DNA of 64,000 bases, from contig JAWLHY010000007.1 of the NCBI GenBank assembly GCA_041690135.1, positions 128,001 to 192,000 on the forward strand, written 5' to 3'. The notes under the pieces were generated by a model that worked only from the letters and a program-made list of their open reading frames with translations, had not been told where the DNA came from and did not search any database. Position numbers and translations under genes: made by a program. Below are positions 45,926 through 56,302 of this stretch, piece after piece. Source of the DNA: Armatimonadota bacterium (lineage in GTDB: Bacteria > Armatimonadota > SYMT01). How positions within the stretch are numbered: position 1 is the stretch's first letter; every line of letters starts with the position of its first letter.

Positions 45926-46556
45926 GGCCAATAGTAACGGATAAAGATAACGATAAGGACAGAAAGGAAGATAAAGAGGATTTCCGCGCAATACGGTAGG
46001 TGCTTTCCGCATCCAGGAGGCACTCGAACTTGACGTGGGCGCGAGGAACCTTTGCCGCGTCACCTGAGCCCTGAATGGTAGGGAATGTGACGTCGACACG
46101 GCGCAGCTAGGGCCGTTCCATTCCGCAGACGGTGAAACTGATCCCGTTGGGCCAAACCGGACCCTTCCTGGTCCAGGACGGCTACGAGTGGTCAGGACGG
46201 GATCAGCCCCAGGACGGCGGAACGCTGCGGCGAGACGTTCCCTACCGGTGCCGCTGTCAATGGCTCGCCCGGACGGACGCCGAGCCACTCCGCCGGACGT
46301 GTTTCGGCGACGTGCGAATCTGATCGCCACTTGCCGGATGCACCGCTAAGGGATTGGGGGTAACTGAATAGTTCTTGACGACTCGCCACAAGTCTGTCTC
46401 TTAGCGCAGGTCAGTGAGGCTCGCAGGAGTGACGGCGCTTGCGCGGCCTTGCTGTGCCGAACCGTACCTGCCCAGTTACATGCGTACACCTCCTAGTTTG
46501 GGGCTCCTCGTGTAACCACTCGAACCCTTCTTGCATCCAAGGGGCATCCGAACTGA

Positions 46557-48533
46557 ATGCGGAGGGATGCTGTGAGGAAGATCGTCGCCACCGGAATCGC
46601 ACTCCTTTTCCTGGTGGGCTGGTCGGGTGGGACCGCCGAAACTCGTGGAGCCCACGCACTGGCAGCCGATGCCGGTTCCGAAACTCCGCCGGGTGACCTG
46701 CAGCGCGACCGCCGGCTGCTGGCGAAGGTGGACCTGGTGGAGAAGGACCGGCCCCTGCGGGACCTGCTGCCGGCACTGGGGAACCGCCTCGGGATCCGCC
46801 TCAAGGTCTCCCGCACGCTGGCGGACGACAAGCTCACAGTCTTGGTGAAGCAGCACCCGGCGAGGGACCTGATGCAGCACCTGGCGGAGCAGGTAGAGGG
46901 GGAGTGGCGGCCCTCCGGCTCCGGATACCTGCTGGCCCGCTCCGAGGCCGGCCGTCTCCGGCAGGAACGCTTGCGCGCGGAGGAATGGAAGGCGGTCGCC
47001 GGTTGGATGAAGCGGCTGGACCGCCTCCAGGAGACGCCCGGCGAGCAGCTCAACGCGCGCCGTCAGGAAGTAGAGCGCGTCCTCGCCGTGGGGACCGTAA
47101 CCGGTCCGCGGAAGCTGGCCCTGGAAGAGGAACGGGACCTGCTGCGGGACCACTTTCGCCACAGCCGCGCGGTGCCGGTAGCGGTGGACCTGTTCCGGTC
47201 GTTGAGCCCCGGCCAGTTGTCGCAGCTCCGGCGCGAAGGTTACCTCCGCCTCTCCAGCACCCACGGGAGCATTCCTCCCTCGTTCTTCACCCGGGCGGTA
47301 GCGGCGTTGCCGGGTCACGCCTCCGGCGAGCGGAAGCCGAAGCCCGTCCACGTGGACACCACCTTCGAGCTGGAAGAGCGGGCCATCGATCGGGAGCGGC
47401 TCAACTCGCCGCGCGTCTTGCGCCTGTCCGTAAACCTGACTTCGATGTGGGAGACGGTGCCGGGCGGCTACTCCAGCTCATCCCTCAACTGGGCGGCGCG
47501 AGTGCCTTCGCCGTCCCTGGGGCCGGAGGGAGACCGCAAGGGGGAGAGCCCGATCCTCGACCGGCCGCTGGAGTTGACGTTCGCGCCACTGGTTCCCGTC
47601 CCGGAGGTGGAGCGGTACGGGGCGGCGGTGGTTCTCCTCCGCGAAGTGCCTGCGGGTTGGGTGCGTTTGAGCGAGGTGCTGTCCCGCCTCCACGCGGCCA
47701 CCGGTCTCCCGTTCGTTGCGGACAGCTACACGCGGGCGCGAGTGGAGCGGAAACAACTGATGGGTCGGAAGTCGCCGCGGGAGCTGTTGAACGAACTTTC
47801 GGAGCCGCTGGGGTACACCTGGACCGCCGACGGAGCGGTGGTCCGGCTGTGGAGCCGGTATGCCGCGCAGGACCGGGAAGGGGAAGCGCCCGAGCCGGCC
47901 CTCCGTGCCTACCGCCGTCGCGTGGAGGGAGAACCCCTGGCCCGGTTGGATGCCCTGGCCACGCTGGCCAATACCCTCACCGACCGCCAATGCCGCAACG
48001 TGGCGGACCTGTGGGGCTGGTACTTCGAGGGCCTGGGCGCCATCCCGCCCTGGAATGGAGAGGGTATCTACGGCGTGCGGCATCACCTGCGCCTGTGGTC
48101 CACCCTGAGCCGGGCGCAGCGCCAGGCGGCCCTCGCCGGGGTGCTTCCCATGGAGGGGATGACCCCTCCGCAGCGCCGGGCACTCGGGGTCGCCACTGCG
48201 GCGCCCGGAAGCGACATCACGCTCCAGGATCACCTGCGCATCCCGACGCCGGAGCGGCTCGCCCCGCTTTCCGCGGGGTTCCAATTGAAGAGTGAGGACC
48301 TGCTGGCACAGGCGCTGACGGACGAGAACGGCTGCTTTACCACGGCGTTCCACAAGGCGGACAGCCCGCTCAACCTGTTCAACCTCACCCGCTTTGGCGG
48401 CGGTTCCCTGAAGGTCACCGGGCCCGCCGCTCCCGTAAACGGGTTTCGCTTCTCGTACTTCCTCTCGGGGGCGCCGGACAACGGTTTTGTCCGTTCGGTC
48501 CAGGTGCACCTGCTACCGCGCTGGTCCCCCTGA
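46557..48533 (+). CDS. Hypothetical exported protein
   Basis: Signal peptide; 658 aa with typical codon usage. Confidence 0.7.
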   Translation: MRRDAVRKIVATGIALLFLVGWSGGTAETRGAHALAADAGSETPPGDLQRDRRLLAKVDLVEKDRPLRDLLPALGNRLGIRLKVSRTLADDKLTVLVKQHPARDLMQHLAEQVEGEWRPSGSGYLLARSEAGRLRQERLRAEEWKAVAGWMKRLDRLQETPGEQLNARRQEVERVLAVGTVTGPRKLALEEERDLLRDHFRHSRAVPVAVDLFRSLSPGQLSQLRREGYLRLSSTHGSIPPSFFTRAVAALPGHASGERKPKPVHVDTTFELEERAIDRERLNSPRVLRLSVNLTSMWETVPGGYSSSSLNWAARVPSPSLGPEGDRKGESPILDRPLELTFAPLVPVPEVERYGAAVVLLREVPAGWVRLSEVLSRLHAATGLPFVADSYTRARVERKQLMGRKSPRELLNELSEPLGYTWTADGAVVRLWSRYAAQDREGEAPEPALRAYRRRVEGEPLARLDALATLANTLTDRQCRNVADLWGWYFEGLGAIPPWNGEGIYGVRHHLRLWSTLSRAQRQAALAGVLPMEGMTPPQRRALGVATAAPGSDITLQDHLRIPTPERLAPLSAGFQLKSEDLLAQALTDENGCFTTAFHKADSPLNLFNLTRFGGGSLKVTGPAAPVNGFRFSYFLSGAPDNGFVRSVQVHLLPRWSP

Positions 48534-48705
48534 CTCCCCTCGCCGCGAACAAAACTGACGGGGCGATCCGCGGCATTTCCGGACTATTATAAAGAGGGTG
48601 GTGCGGACTGCAGTTCGGTCCACCCTTGCCGTGTGTTTGGCCGGGGCTGAAGGTGGCGGCCCCAGGTGGAAACGGCGGGACAGCAAGGAGCCAAAGGAGA
48701 TGCGC

Positions 48706-50634
48706 ATGCGGACCTCGGGTGCAGGTGGGTCGGATCGTCGGGGCGGGAACGCCCGGAGGGGCGTTTATCTCGGAGCGCTGGCGCTGGCCGGTGCGGGGAT
48801 CGTCACGGCGGCGCTGGCGGCGCCCGCGTCGAAGGCGAAGCAGGCGGCTCCCGCGGAAATCCCGATCATCTGGACCGACCTGGACGGTCGCGGCTACGGT
48901 CCCATCCAGCTCCGCGCGGCCAGTGCCACCGTCTTCATCTTCTTCTCCACGGAGTGCCCGGTTACCGAAGCCTACCTGTCCCGCATCCGCGAACTCGAGA
49001 ACGCTTACTACACGCGTGGGGCACGGGTGTTCATGGTCTCCACCCACCCCGGCGACACCGTGGAGAAGCTCCGCAAGTATGCCGCCGACCACCAGCTGGT
49101 GCTGCCGCTGGTGAAGGACCCGGACGCCGCTCTGGCTGAGCGGCTGGGCGCCACCGTCACCCCCGAGGCCGTGGTCGTGGGACGGGAAGGGCAGATCCAC
49201 TACCGCGGGCGCATCGACGACAGCAAAGACCCGAAGACGGTCGGACGCCGGGATCTCGCCGAGGCGGTGGAAGCGGTGATAGCCGGCAAGCCGGTGGCGC
49301 TGGCGCGCACCAAGGCGGAAGGCTGCGAGCTTCCGCGCGCCCGGCAAACGCGCGCCGCCCGGAAAACCGACGTCACCTATAGCCAGCACATCGCCCCCAT
49401 TCTGAACAAGCATTGCGCCGACTGCCACCGTCCGGGAGAAGTGGCTCCGTTCTCCCTGCTGACCTACAAAGACGCTCGCCTGTGGGCGCGGATGATCAAG
49501 GACACCACCCACCGGCGGATCATGCCGCCCTGGAAGCCGTTGGTCGGGTACGGCGACTTCCACGACGCACGAGCCCTTTCGGCGGAAGAGCTGGACCTCC
49601 TGGCGAAGTGGGCCGATGGCGGGACGCCGGAAGGGGACCGCAAGCTGGCCCCGAAGCCGGCGGCCTATACGGCGGGGTGGACGCTGGGCAAACCCGACGT
49701 GGAACTGAGCCCGGAGGTGGAATACCAGGTGCCCGCGGAGGGCCGGGACGAATACCGCTGCTTCGTGCTGCCCGCCGAGTTCAAGCAGGACGCCTACATC
49801 AACGCCGTGCAGATCCGGCCCGGTAACCGGGCGGTGGTCCACCACGTGATCGTGTACATCGACCCCACCGGCAAGTCGGTGGAGGCTGATGAGAAAGACC
49901 CGGCGCCCGGATTCGAAAGCCCCAGCGCCGGGGCTGGGCCGCCGGTGCCGGGAGCCATGATGCTTTCCGGGTGGGCGCCCGGCAACCGCGCTCGTTACGC
50001 GCCTCCCGGCATGGCCATGCGGGTTCCCAAGGGTGCTCGGCTGGTGATGGAGGTCCACTACCACAAGAGCGGCCGACCCGAAATGGACCGCTCCTCCATC
50101 GGCCTGAGCCTGGCGCGAGATACGGTGCAGCAGGTTGTCGCGTTGGGCGTGGTGGTGCAGCCGTTCCTGCGGATTCCGGCTGGCGAAGCCCGCGCGGAGG
50201 TCAAGGCGAGCGGCGTCTTCATGTTCGGCAAGGGCTTCCACGGCACGCTCCCGGAAGACATGACGCTGCACGGGATCGCTCCCCACATGCATCAGATCGG
50301 AGAGGAGATGCGGGTTTGGGCGACCCTGCCGGACGGCAAGCGGGAAGAGTTGCTCTGGCTGAAGGACTGGGATTTCAACTGGCAGGAAGGTTACCAGTAT
50401 CGCAAGCCGCTCCGCCTACCTAAGGGCACGAAGATCGACCTGGTCGCCTACTTCAACAACTCCACCTCCAACCCCCGCAACCCCCACCGCCCGCCCAAAG
50501 TGGTGACCTGGGGCGAGCAGACCTCGGATGAGATGTGTATCGCGTTTCTATCCCTCACCCGGGACGGCGAAAAGCTGGGGATCCAGCCGGCGCCTCCGGC
50601 GGAAACGGTGGTGGTGAAGAGCGCAGCGCCCTGA
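48706..50634 (+). CDS. Redoxin + cytochrome c + copper type II monooxygenase-like fusion
   Basis: STECP, YRGRIDD, CADCH, VHHVIVY, EVHY, PHMH, WDFNWQ, DEMC. Confidence 0.85.
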   Translation: MRTSGAGGSDRRGGNARRGVYLGALALAGAGIVTAALAAPASKAKQAAPAEIPIIWTDLDGRGYGPIQLRAASATVFIFFSTECPVTEAYLSRIRELENAYYTRGARVFMVSTHPGDTVEKLRKYAADHQLVLPLVKDPDAALAERLGATVTPEAVVVGREGQIHYRGRIDDSKDPKTVGRRDLAEAVEAVIAGKPVALARTKAEGCELPRARQTRAARKTDVTYSQHIAPILNKHCADCHRPGEVAPFSLLTYKDARLWARMIKDTTHRRIMPPWKPLVGYGDFHDARALSAEELDLLAKWADGGTPEGDRKLAPKPAAYTAGWTLGKPDVELSPEVEYQVPAEGRDEYRCFVLPAEFKQDAYINAVQIRPGNRAVVHHVIVYIDPTGKSVEADEKDPAPGFESPSAGAGPPVPGAMMLSGWAPGNRARYAPPGMAMRVPKGARLVMEVHYHKSGRPEMDRSSIGLSLARDTVQQVVALGVVVQPFLRIPAGEARAEVKASGVFMFGKGFHGTLPEDMTLHGIAPHMHQIGEEMRVWATLPDGKREELLWLKDWDFNWQEGYQYRKPLRLPKGTKIDLVAYFNNSTSNPRNPHRPPKVVTWGEQTSDEMCIAFLSLTRDGEKLGIQPAPPAETVVVKSAAP

Positions 50635-50649
50635 CCCCGAACTCCGGTC

Positions 50650-50687
50650 CGGAGATTGGGTTCGGAAATTGGGTTCGGAAATTGGGC
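50650..50687. repeat. Short tandem repeat, 13-mer x3
   Basis: cggagattgggtt-cggaaattgggtt-cggaaattggg. Confidence 0.6.
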
Positions 50688-50715
50688 AAGGAAGAGACTC
50701 TGGGTAGGAAGAGGT

Positions 50716-50967
50716 ATGGAAGAAGCACTTAAACTGGTTCGAGTGAACCACCGAATGGTCAACCTGGGCCGGATCGTCGATGCCTACCTCTCCCACCACC
50801 CGGTCGGAGCCGGGGAAGCGATGCGGGACACGCTGACGGTGCGGTTTGCCGGCGAAACCGAGGTCACAGAGTACCGCGATGACGACGCCCGGGCCCTCTG
50901 GCATGCCCTTTGCCAGCAGGCGCGGGACGTTTCCCACCTGGGCCAGCGCCCGATCTCCGAGGACTGA
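50716..50967 (+). CDS. Small hypothetical protein
   Basis: GAGG RBS; typical codon usage. Confidence 0.6.
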   Translation: MEEALKLVRVNHRMVNLGRIVDAYLSHHPVGAGEAMRDTLTVRFAGETEVTEYRDDDARALWHALCQQARDVSHLGQRPISED

Positions 50968-51010
50968 TGTTCCCGGTGGTGCGTGCCACGGCCGCCATTC
51001 GATGAGTGGA

Positions 51011-52039
51011 ATGGCGATGCGTGAAGCTCCTCTCCGCGGGGTGATGTTCGGCGCCGGGTACTTCGCCGGTTTCCAGGCGGAAGCGTGGCGCCGAGTGGAG
51101 GGAGCGCAGATCACGGCGGTGGCGGACCCCCAACGGGAGCGCGCGGAGGCCTTTGCCCAGGAATGGGGGATCCCTCGCACCTATGCCGACGGCGCCGAAA
51201 TGCTGGAAGCGGAACGCCCGGACTTCGTGGATATCGTCACCCGGCCGGATACCCACCTGCCGCTGGCGGAACTGGCCGCGAGTCACGGCGCCCACGTGAT
51301 CTGCCAGAAGCCCATGGCGCCGTCCTGGGATGAATGCACGGCAATGGTGGAAGGGTGCCGGCGCGCGGGCTTCCGGCTGCTGATCCACGAGAACTGGCGC
51401 TGGCAGCCGTGGTACCGGGAGGTCCGGCGCCTGATCGATGCCGGCGCCCTCGGTCGTCCGTTCCACGTGGGGTTCCGCATGCGCACGGGGGACGGTCGCG
51501 GCCCGGAGCCCTACCCGGTACAGCCGTACTTTCGGCAGATGGAGCGGTTCCTGCTGTTCGAGACGGCGGTCCACTTCCTCGACACCTTCCGCTACCTGAT
51601 GGGCGAGATCTCCGAGGTGTATTGCCGCACCGGCCGCATCAACCCGGAGATCGCGGGCGAAGATTACGCGCTCATCCAGCTCGGGTTCCGGAAGGGTGGG
51701 CACGGGTTGATCGACGCGAACCGGATCAGCGGTCCCAACCCCCCCTCGGTCGCCTTCGGCTCCCTCCGCCTCGAAGGGGAGACGGGCATGATCCGGTTGA
51801 CCCCGGACGGCCGCCTCTGGTGGACGGAATACGGCCGGGAGGAAAAGCTCCACCCGTTCCGCTGGGAAGAGCGGGGCTACAAAGGGGACAGCGTGTTCGC
51901 CCTCCAGCAGCACTTCGTCGACTGCCTGCGGAGCGGTGGGAGGAGCGAGACGGAAGGCGAGGAGTACCTCTCCACGGTGCGGGCGGTGGAGGCGTGCTAT
52001 CAATCGGCGCGGACGGGACAGGCGGTGGCGATCCAGTGA
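51011..52039 (+). CDS. Gfo/Idh/MocA family oxidoreductase
   Basis: FGAGYFA, ICQKP, HENWRW, HFLD. Confidence 0.92.
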   Translation: MAMREAPLRGVMFGAGYFAGFQAEAWRRVEGAQITAVADPQRERAEAFAQEWGIPRTYADGAEMLEAERPDFVDIVTRPDTHLPLAELAASHGAHVICQKPMAPSWDECTAMVEGCRRAGFRLLIHENWRWQPWYREVRRLIDAGALGRPFHVGFRMRTGDGRGPEPYPVQPYFRQMERFLLFETAVHFLDTFRYLMGEISEVYCRTGRINPEIAGEDYALIQLGFRKGGHGLIDANRISGPNPPSVAFGSLRLEGETGMIRLTPDGRLWWTEYGREEKLHPFRWEERGYKGDSVFALQQHFVDCLRSGGRSETEGEEYLSTVRAVEACYQSARTGQAVAIQ

Positions 52040-52778
52040 GGAACGGTTTTCAACTATTCGATGCCCACACGCACATCGGGACGGCGCGCCACAGCGGCCG
52101 CCGGTACACCGCCGAGCAACTCCTGGCAGCCATGGACCGGGCGGGGTGGACCGCTCCCTGGTGATTCCGTTTCCGGTGGTGGACGACTACCGCGCCGCGC
52201 ACGATGAGATCGGGGAAGCGGTGCGGCGTTACCCGGACCGGTTGGTCGGGGCCGCCTGCCTTTATCCGTTCCTCCCCGAGGCAGAGTTCCGGGAAGAAGT
52301 GCGGCGCTGCGTGGAAACCTATGGGTTCCGCGCGCTGAAGCTGCAGCCGAAGTTCCAGCCGCTCAACCCGCTCTCCCCCCGGAGCGACTTCTTCTGGGAG
52401 ACCGCCCGGGAGCACGGGTTGGTCGCGGTCTGCCACACCGGCGACGGGGTGCCGTTTTCCCTGCCTTCGCTCTACATCTCCCCGGCGCGGCGTTTCCCGG
52501 ATCTCTCGCTGGTTCTGGCGCACGCCGGGGGGAGCGTCTACTACCAGGAAAGCATTATCGCGGCCCAGGTCTGCCCGAACATCACCATCGAGCTCTCGAC
52601 CCTGATGCCGCACTTCGTGCTCGATATCCTGGCTCACGTGCCCGCTTCCCGGCTGATGATCGGGTCCGACCTGCCGGAGAGCCTGGAGACGGAACTCGGA
52701 AAGGTCTTGGGCCTGGAAGTAGAGGAGGCGGTCCGGCGTGATATCCTGTGGAACACGGCGGACCGCCTCTTTGGCTAA
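52036..52778 (+). pseudogene. Amidohydrolase_2 family protein with a frameshift in a G-run at ~52143-52146
   Basis: FDAHTHIG...MDRAG in one frame and VDRSLVIPFP...HTG...LAHAG...IGSD in another; one extra G restores the frame. Confidence 0.8.
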
Positions 52779-53569
52779 TGCAGCTCTTTGCCCAGGATAT
52801 AGGCGCCCATCACCACCAGGAACCAGCCAAAGGCCGGCTTCAGCTTCTCGTTCGAGACCCGCGACGCCAGCAGACTACCCACCACGATCCCGACCGCAGC
52901 CACCAGGGTGGCCTCCACCAGGAATGTCCAGTTGATGTCGCTGGTCCGCTGGACGTCGCCCAGGAAACCCAGCAGCGATTTCGCGGCGATGATCAGCAGG
53001 GAAGTCCCCACGGCCACCTGCATCGGCACATTCGCGAACAAGACCAGGGCCGGGATGATCAGGAACCCGCCCCCGGCCCCCACCAGCCCCGTGAGGCCGC
53101 CGACCACCAGCCCTTCCAGCAGGATCTTCCCCCAGGCGAAGTGCGGTTCCCCCTCCGGCTCGGCCTCGGGGGTGCGACTCTTGCGGATCATGGTCACCGC
53201 ACTGGCCAGCATCAGCACCGCGAACAGGGTCAGGATCGCCTGATCGCGGCCGAGCGCGAACCCCCCGACCTGGAGAACCGTTTCCGGAATGGCGGGGACC
53301 ACGTACCGCCGGGCGAGGTAGACCCCCAGGAAAGCCGGCGGTGCGAAGGTCGCCGCGGTCTTGAAGTCGACGAGCCCCCGGCGCATGTAGGCGATGCTGC
53401 CCACCAGCGCCGTGGCCCCCACGACGAACAACGAGTAACCCGTGGCCATGGTGGCCGAGATGTGGAACAGGTACGCGAAGATCGGGACGGTGAGGATCGA
53501 GCCCCCTCCCCCGATCAGCCCCAGCGTCATGCCCATCAGCGCAATCGCGATCCAGCCCAGATGTTCCAT
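52775..53569 (-). CDS. Sulfite exporter TauE/SafE family protein
   Basis: LGLIGGGGSILTVP, GLVGAGGGFLIIPAL, AVGTSL. Confidence 0.92.
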   Translation of the reverse strand: MEHLGWIAIALMGMTLGLIGGGGSILTVPIFAYLFHISATMATGYSLFVVGATALVGSIAYMRRGLVDFKTAATFAPPAFLGVYLARRYVVPAIPETVLQVGGFALGRDQAILTLFAVLMLASAVTMIRKSRTPEAEPEGEPHFAWGKILLEGLVVGGLTGLVGAGGGFLIIPALVLFANVPMQVAVGTSLLIIAAKSLLGFLGDVQRTSDINWTFLVEATLVAAVGIVVGSLLASRVSNEKLKPAFGWFLVVMGAYILGKELH

Positions 53570-53907
53570 CACACCCTCCCCCATCGGCCTCAGGATACCC
53601 CCTGGGGCGATTTCGACCCGTGCGGTCACTCAGGGGGATGGATACGGTGAAGCTGCGAAGAGATTTAGGGGAAACGGCCTGCCTCGCCGCCTTGAAGGCC
53701 AACGCGGCATTCAGTGAGGTGGAATGTTCCACTTTCGATGTGCTGGAGGAATGCTCGGCTGTGACCCGGGCACCGTTGGGGTAGCACAGAGGCGACTTCG
53801 GTCGGGAGGAGAGGGCCGGAGCGGCGCTCCGGCATCCCTCCCAGGGGCGATCTCTCCACGCCGGTTCGAACCAGCGACCGACGGACTTGGATCGCGAGAT
53901 TGGATTC

Positions 53908-54465
53908 TTAACGCGGGGCCAGGGTCATCGTCATCCGTCGGCCGTCCATCTCGGCCGGGCGCTCCACGATACTGATATCCATCAACTCGGACGTCAGTTT
54001 CTCCAACTGCGCTTCTGCGATTTCGGGACGAGAGCGCTCGCGCCCTCGGAACAGGAGCGTCACCTGGACGCGGTGGCCTTCTTCCAGGAAAGTGCGGGCC
54101 TTACGGGCGCGCAATTCCAGATCGTGCGCTTCCGTGCCGAAGCGCATCCGGATCCCCTTGGTTTCTCCGGTCTGGTGGCCGTTCTCCCGCTGTTCCCGGC
54201 GGGACTCTCGCTGGCGCTTCTTCTCTTCGTACTGTTGCTTCCCGAAATCGATAATGCGGCAGACCGGAGGCCGCGCCTGGGGGGCCACTTCTACCAGGTC
54301 CAGCCCGGACTTCTGCGCGAGACGCAGGGCGTCTCCGGTCCGCATCACGCCGAGCTGTTTACCGTCGGCGCCGATGACTCTTACTTCGGGAATGCGAATG
54401 CGGTTGTTGCGTCGGGGGCCCAACTCGCGGGGTACGTACTGCCAGCCTCTTCTAAACCGTGCGAT
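53908..54465 (-). CDS. infC: Translation initiation factor IF-3
   Basis: NNRIRIPEVRVI, LDLVEVAP..PPVCRIIDFGK, FRGRE; ATC start 7 nt after AAAGGAG. Confidence 0.93.
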   Translation of the reverse strand: MARFRRGWQYVPRELGPRRNNRIRIPEVRVIGADGKQLGVMRTGDALRLAQKSGLDLVEVAPQARPPVCRIIDFGKQQYEEKKRQRESRREQRENGHQTGETKGIRMRFGTEAHDLELRARKARTFLEEGHRVQVTLLFRGRERSRPEIAEAQLEKLTSELMDISIVERPAEMDGRRMTMTLAPR

Positions 54466-54502
54466 CGTTCTGCTCCTTTCTGAATTCAGTGATGCGTCGT
54501 GA

Positions 54503-54913
54503 CTACTTGGCCACCTTCCGCTGGCGGGCCGAGGCGCGACGCTGGGCGTAATGACGGCGGCGGAGGGTTTCCAGACGCTTGCAGGCTTCCGCGTTCCCGT
54601 CGCTGCGGATCACTGCCGCGGCATCCCTGTTCTCCGGGTCCAGGCCCAGCAACCCCCATGCAGCCTGAATGCGGTCGTCGGGTTGCCTGGCTTCGAGACG
54701 TTCTTCCCAATGCCCTTCACAGAGCTCCTGATAAGCATTGAGGGCCTCGGTGAAGTTGCCACTGCTGAACACCTCGTGCCCCTTGCGGAGTACGTAGAAT
54801 CTTCCCTGGCGCGGCACCGTGCGGGTATTCGCCTCCAGGGAAAAGTCGGCGTCGTGGAGCTGCCGCCGATACCAGGTGGTGGGAGCGATGTCGAGTGATT
54901 CAGGTAATTTCAA
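54503..54913 (-). CDS. Hypothetical protein
   Basis: TTG start with GAAAGGA RBS; co-oriented with infC. Confidence 0.6.
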   Translation of the reverse strand: MKLPESLDIAPTTWYRRQLHDADFSLEANTRTVPRQGRFYVLRKGHEVFSSGNFTEALNAYQELCEGHWEERLEARQPDDRIQAAWGLLGLDPENRDAAAVIRSDGNAEACKRLETLRRRHYAQRRASARQRKVAK

Positions 54914-55091
54914 ATGACCGTCCTTTCTGTGCTGCACGCCGGAGCGGGACCAGAACTTCGGTCCCCGTCTTCACGGAGCGTTGAAAAGCCGGTCCGCCCA
55001 GGATTTGATCACCACTTTTAATATACCCATACAAAATGCTTATTAAACGGGTACTCGGTGGACTGGCAAGCAAACCTCTTCAGTCTCAGAG

Positions 55092-55160
55092 TTCCCGTGG
55101 AGGCGGGGACACGGCGATGGCCGAACTCGGCCCGGCACCGCATCCCCGCCTCCACGGGAA
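55092..55160. repeat. REP-like palindrome
   Basis: 18-bp perfect IR ttcccgtggaggcgggga / tccccgcctccacgggaa with an inner hairpin. Confidence 0.65.
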
Positions 55161-55169
55161 AGTGTCCCC

Positions 55170-55970
55170 TCAGGGCACGCGGTGTGGCGGCTGCTGATTC
55201 TGGAAGGCCGGTTGGAGCTGTGGACTGAATCGCTGTAGGTTTTGGAGACGGGATCCGATTGGCGGATGGCTGAGGTGCTGACGGACCAACCAACCACTGA
55301 AGCCGGTATTGATACGGACGGCATCGCCCACCAGGGCGGCGTCCACCAGAAGGTGATGCAGGCGCGGGCCTACACAGATCTTTTTGAGTGCCGCGGTGGC
55401 TTCGTCAAGGGACCCCGCGGCCACGATCCCGGCGTTGTCGCAGGTCAACTCTCGAGCTTGCAGAAACGCCATCGGTTTGTAGATTTCAAAAATGCCGCGG
55501 GGTCCGTGATCCAGAGCTCCGTGACACATTTCGTGGGCCAGCAGAAATCGAAGCTGCGCCGGGTGCTGAATGAGACCCTCCAGGAGGTCGGACAGGATCA
55601 CGATGACGCGTTTGCGCGCGAAGCGGATAGCAAATGCATTCGCTTCGCCGCTGTGGATGACGATGATCCGGGGCATCACCTTCCAGTTGAATTGCTGCGC
55701 CACCTCCTGTGCTGCGGTATAGACCTCGGGAAACTGCCGCGGAGAGACGGTGGCTCCCAGTGCTTCCAGCGAACGCACATGAAACTCCGCCAGAAGGAAG
55801 CGCAGGAGCCAGGCACCCCCGGCGAACAACAGCACCGTCCCACAGGTCACTGCTGTCCAGACCGCCAGCCCCAGCCAGATAAATCCGTTGATCACATACA
55901 CGAGTGTCCGTTGCTTCTGCTCTTCCGAGGAGACGCAGGCTTCGAATGTCATGCCTTGCCCGGTAGCCAT
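55170..55970 (-). CDS. M48 family metallopeptidase
   Basis: ANAFA, LAHEMCH (HExxH), RELTCD, SHP. Confidence 0.85.
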   Translation of the reverse strand: MATGQGMTFEACVSSEEQKQRTLVYVINGFIWLGLAVWTAVTCGTVLLFAGGAWLLRFLLAEFHVRSLEALGATVSPRQFPEVYTAAQEVAQQFNWKVMPRIIVIHSGEANAFAIRFARKRVIVILSDLLEGLIQHPAQLRFLLAHEMCHGALDHGPRGIFEIYKPMAFLQARELTCDNAGIVAAGSLDEATAALKKICVGPRLHHLLVDAALVGDAVRINTGFSGWLVRQHLSHPPIGSRLQNLQRFSPQLQPAFQNQQPPHRVP

Positions 55971-56302
55971 GGATAAACCCTCCAGAAACCCCTCAAGATT
56001 AGCTACAGTGGAGATCGCCTCCGATTGCCGTGGAGACGCACAATTGAGTTGGGGGCGAGCAGGCGGAACTCCTTCTGGAAGACAGGCCGCGAGGCAGGCC
56101 GAGAGCCAGGCCGGGAGACGAACGTTTCAGAGGATCCGCATGCGCGGAGCCCGCCAGGTCCTCGTACTCGAGGACCTGGCGGGCTCCGTCGGCCGTGGTT
56201 CGAAGCACGGCGGGTTCTTATCGCCGGAGGTCCTTAGGGCATCAGGCCCACCGGCGGGATCGCTTCGTTTCCTTGGTTCAAGCGGACCGGCTGCGCCGGA
56301 CC

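Noticed and set aside
46132-46323. 63-aa ORF
   Set aside because: No RBS or recognisable motif; cannot be supported as a gene.
48415-50292. Long antisense ORF (625 aa) and similar ones at 5078-6238, 26943-28421, 31696-33198, 33090-34643 and 59126-60451
   Set aside because: Shadow ORFs opposite well-supported genes in high-GC DNA; no recognisable motifs.
53855-53880. GGTTCGAA T-loop-like word (also near 41573)
   Set aside because: No cloverleaf, D-arm or acceptor stem around it.
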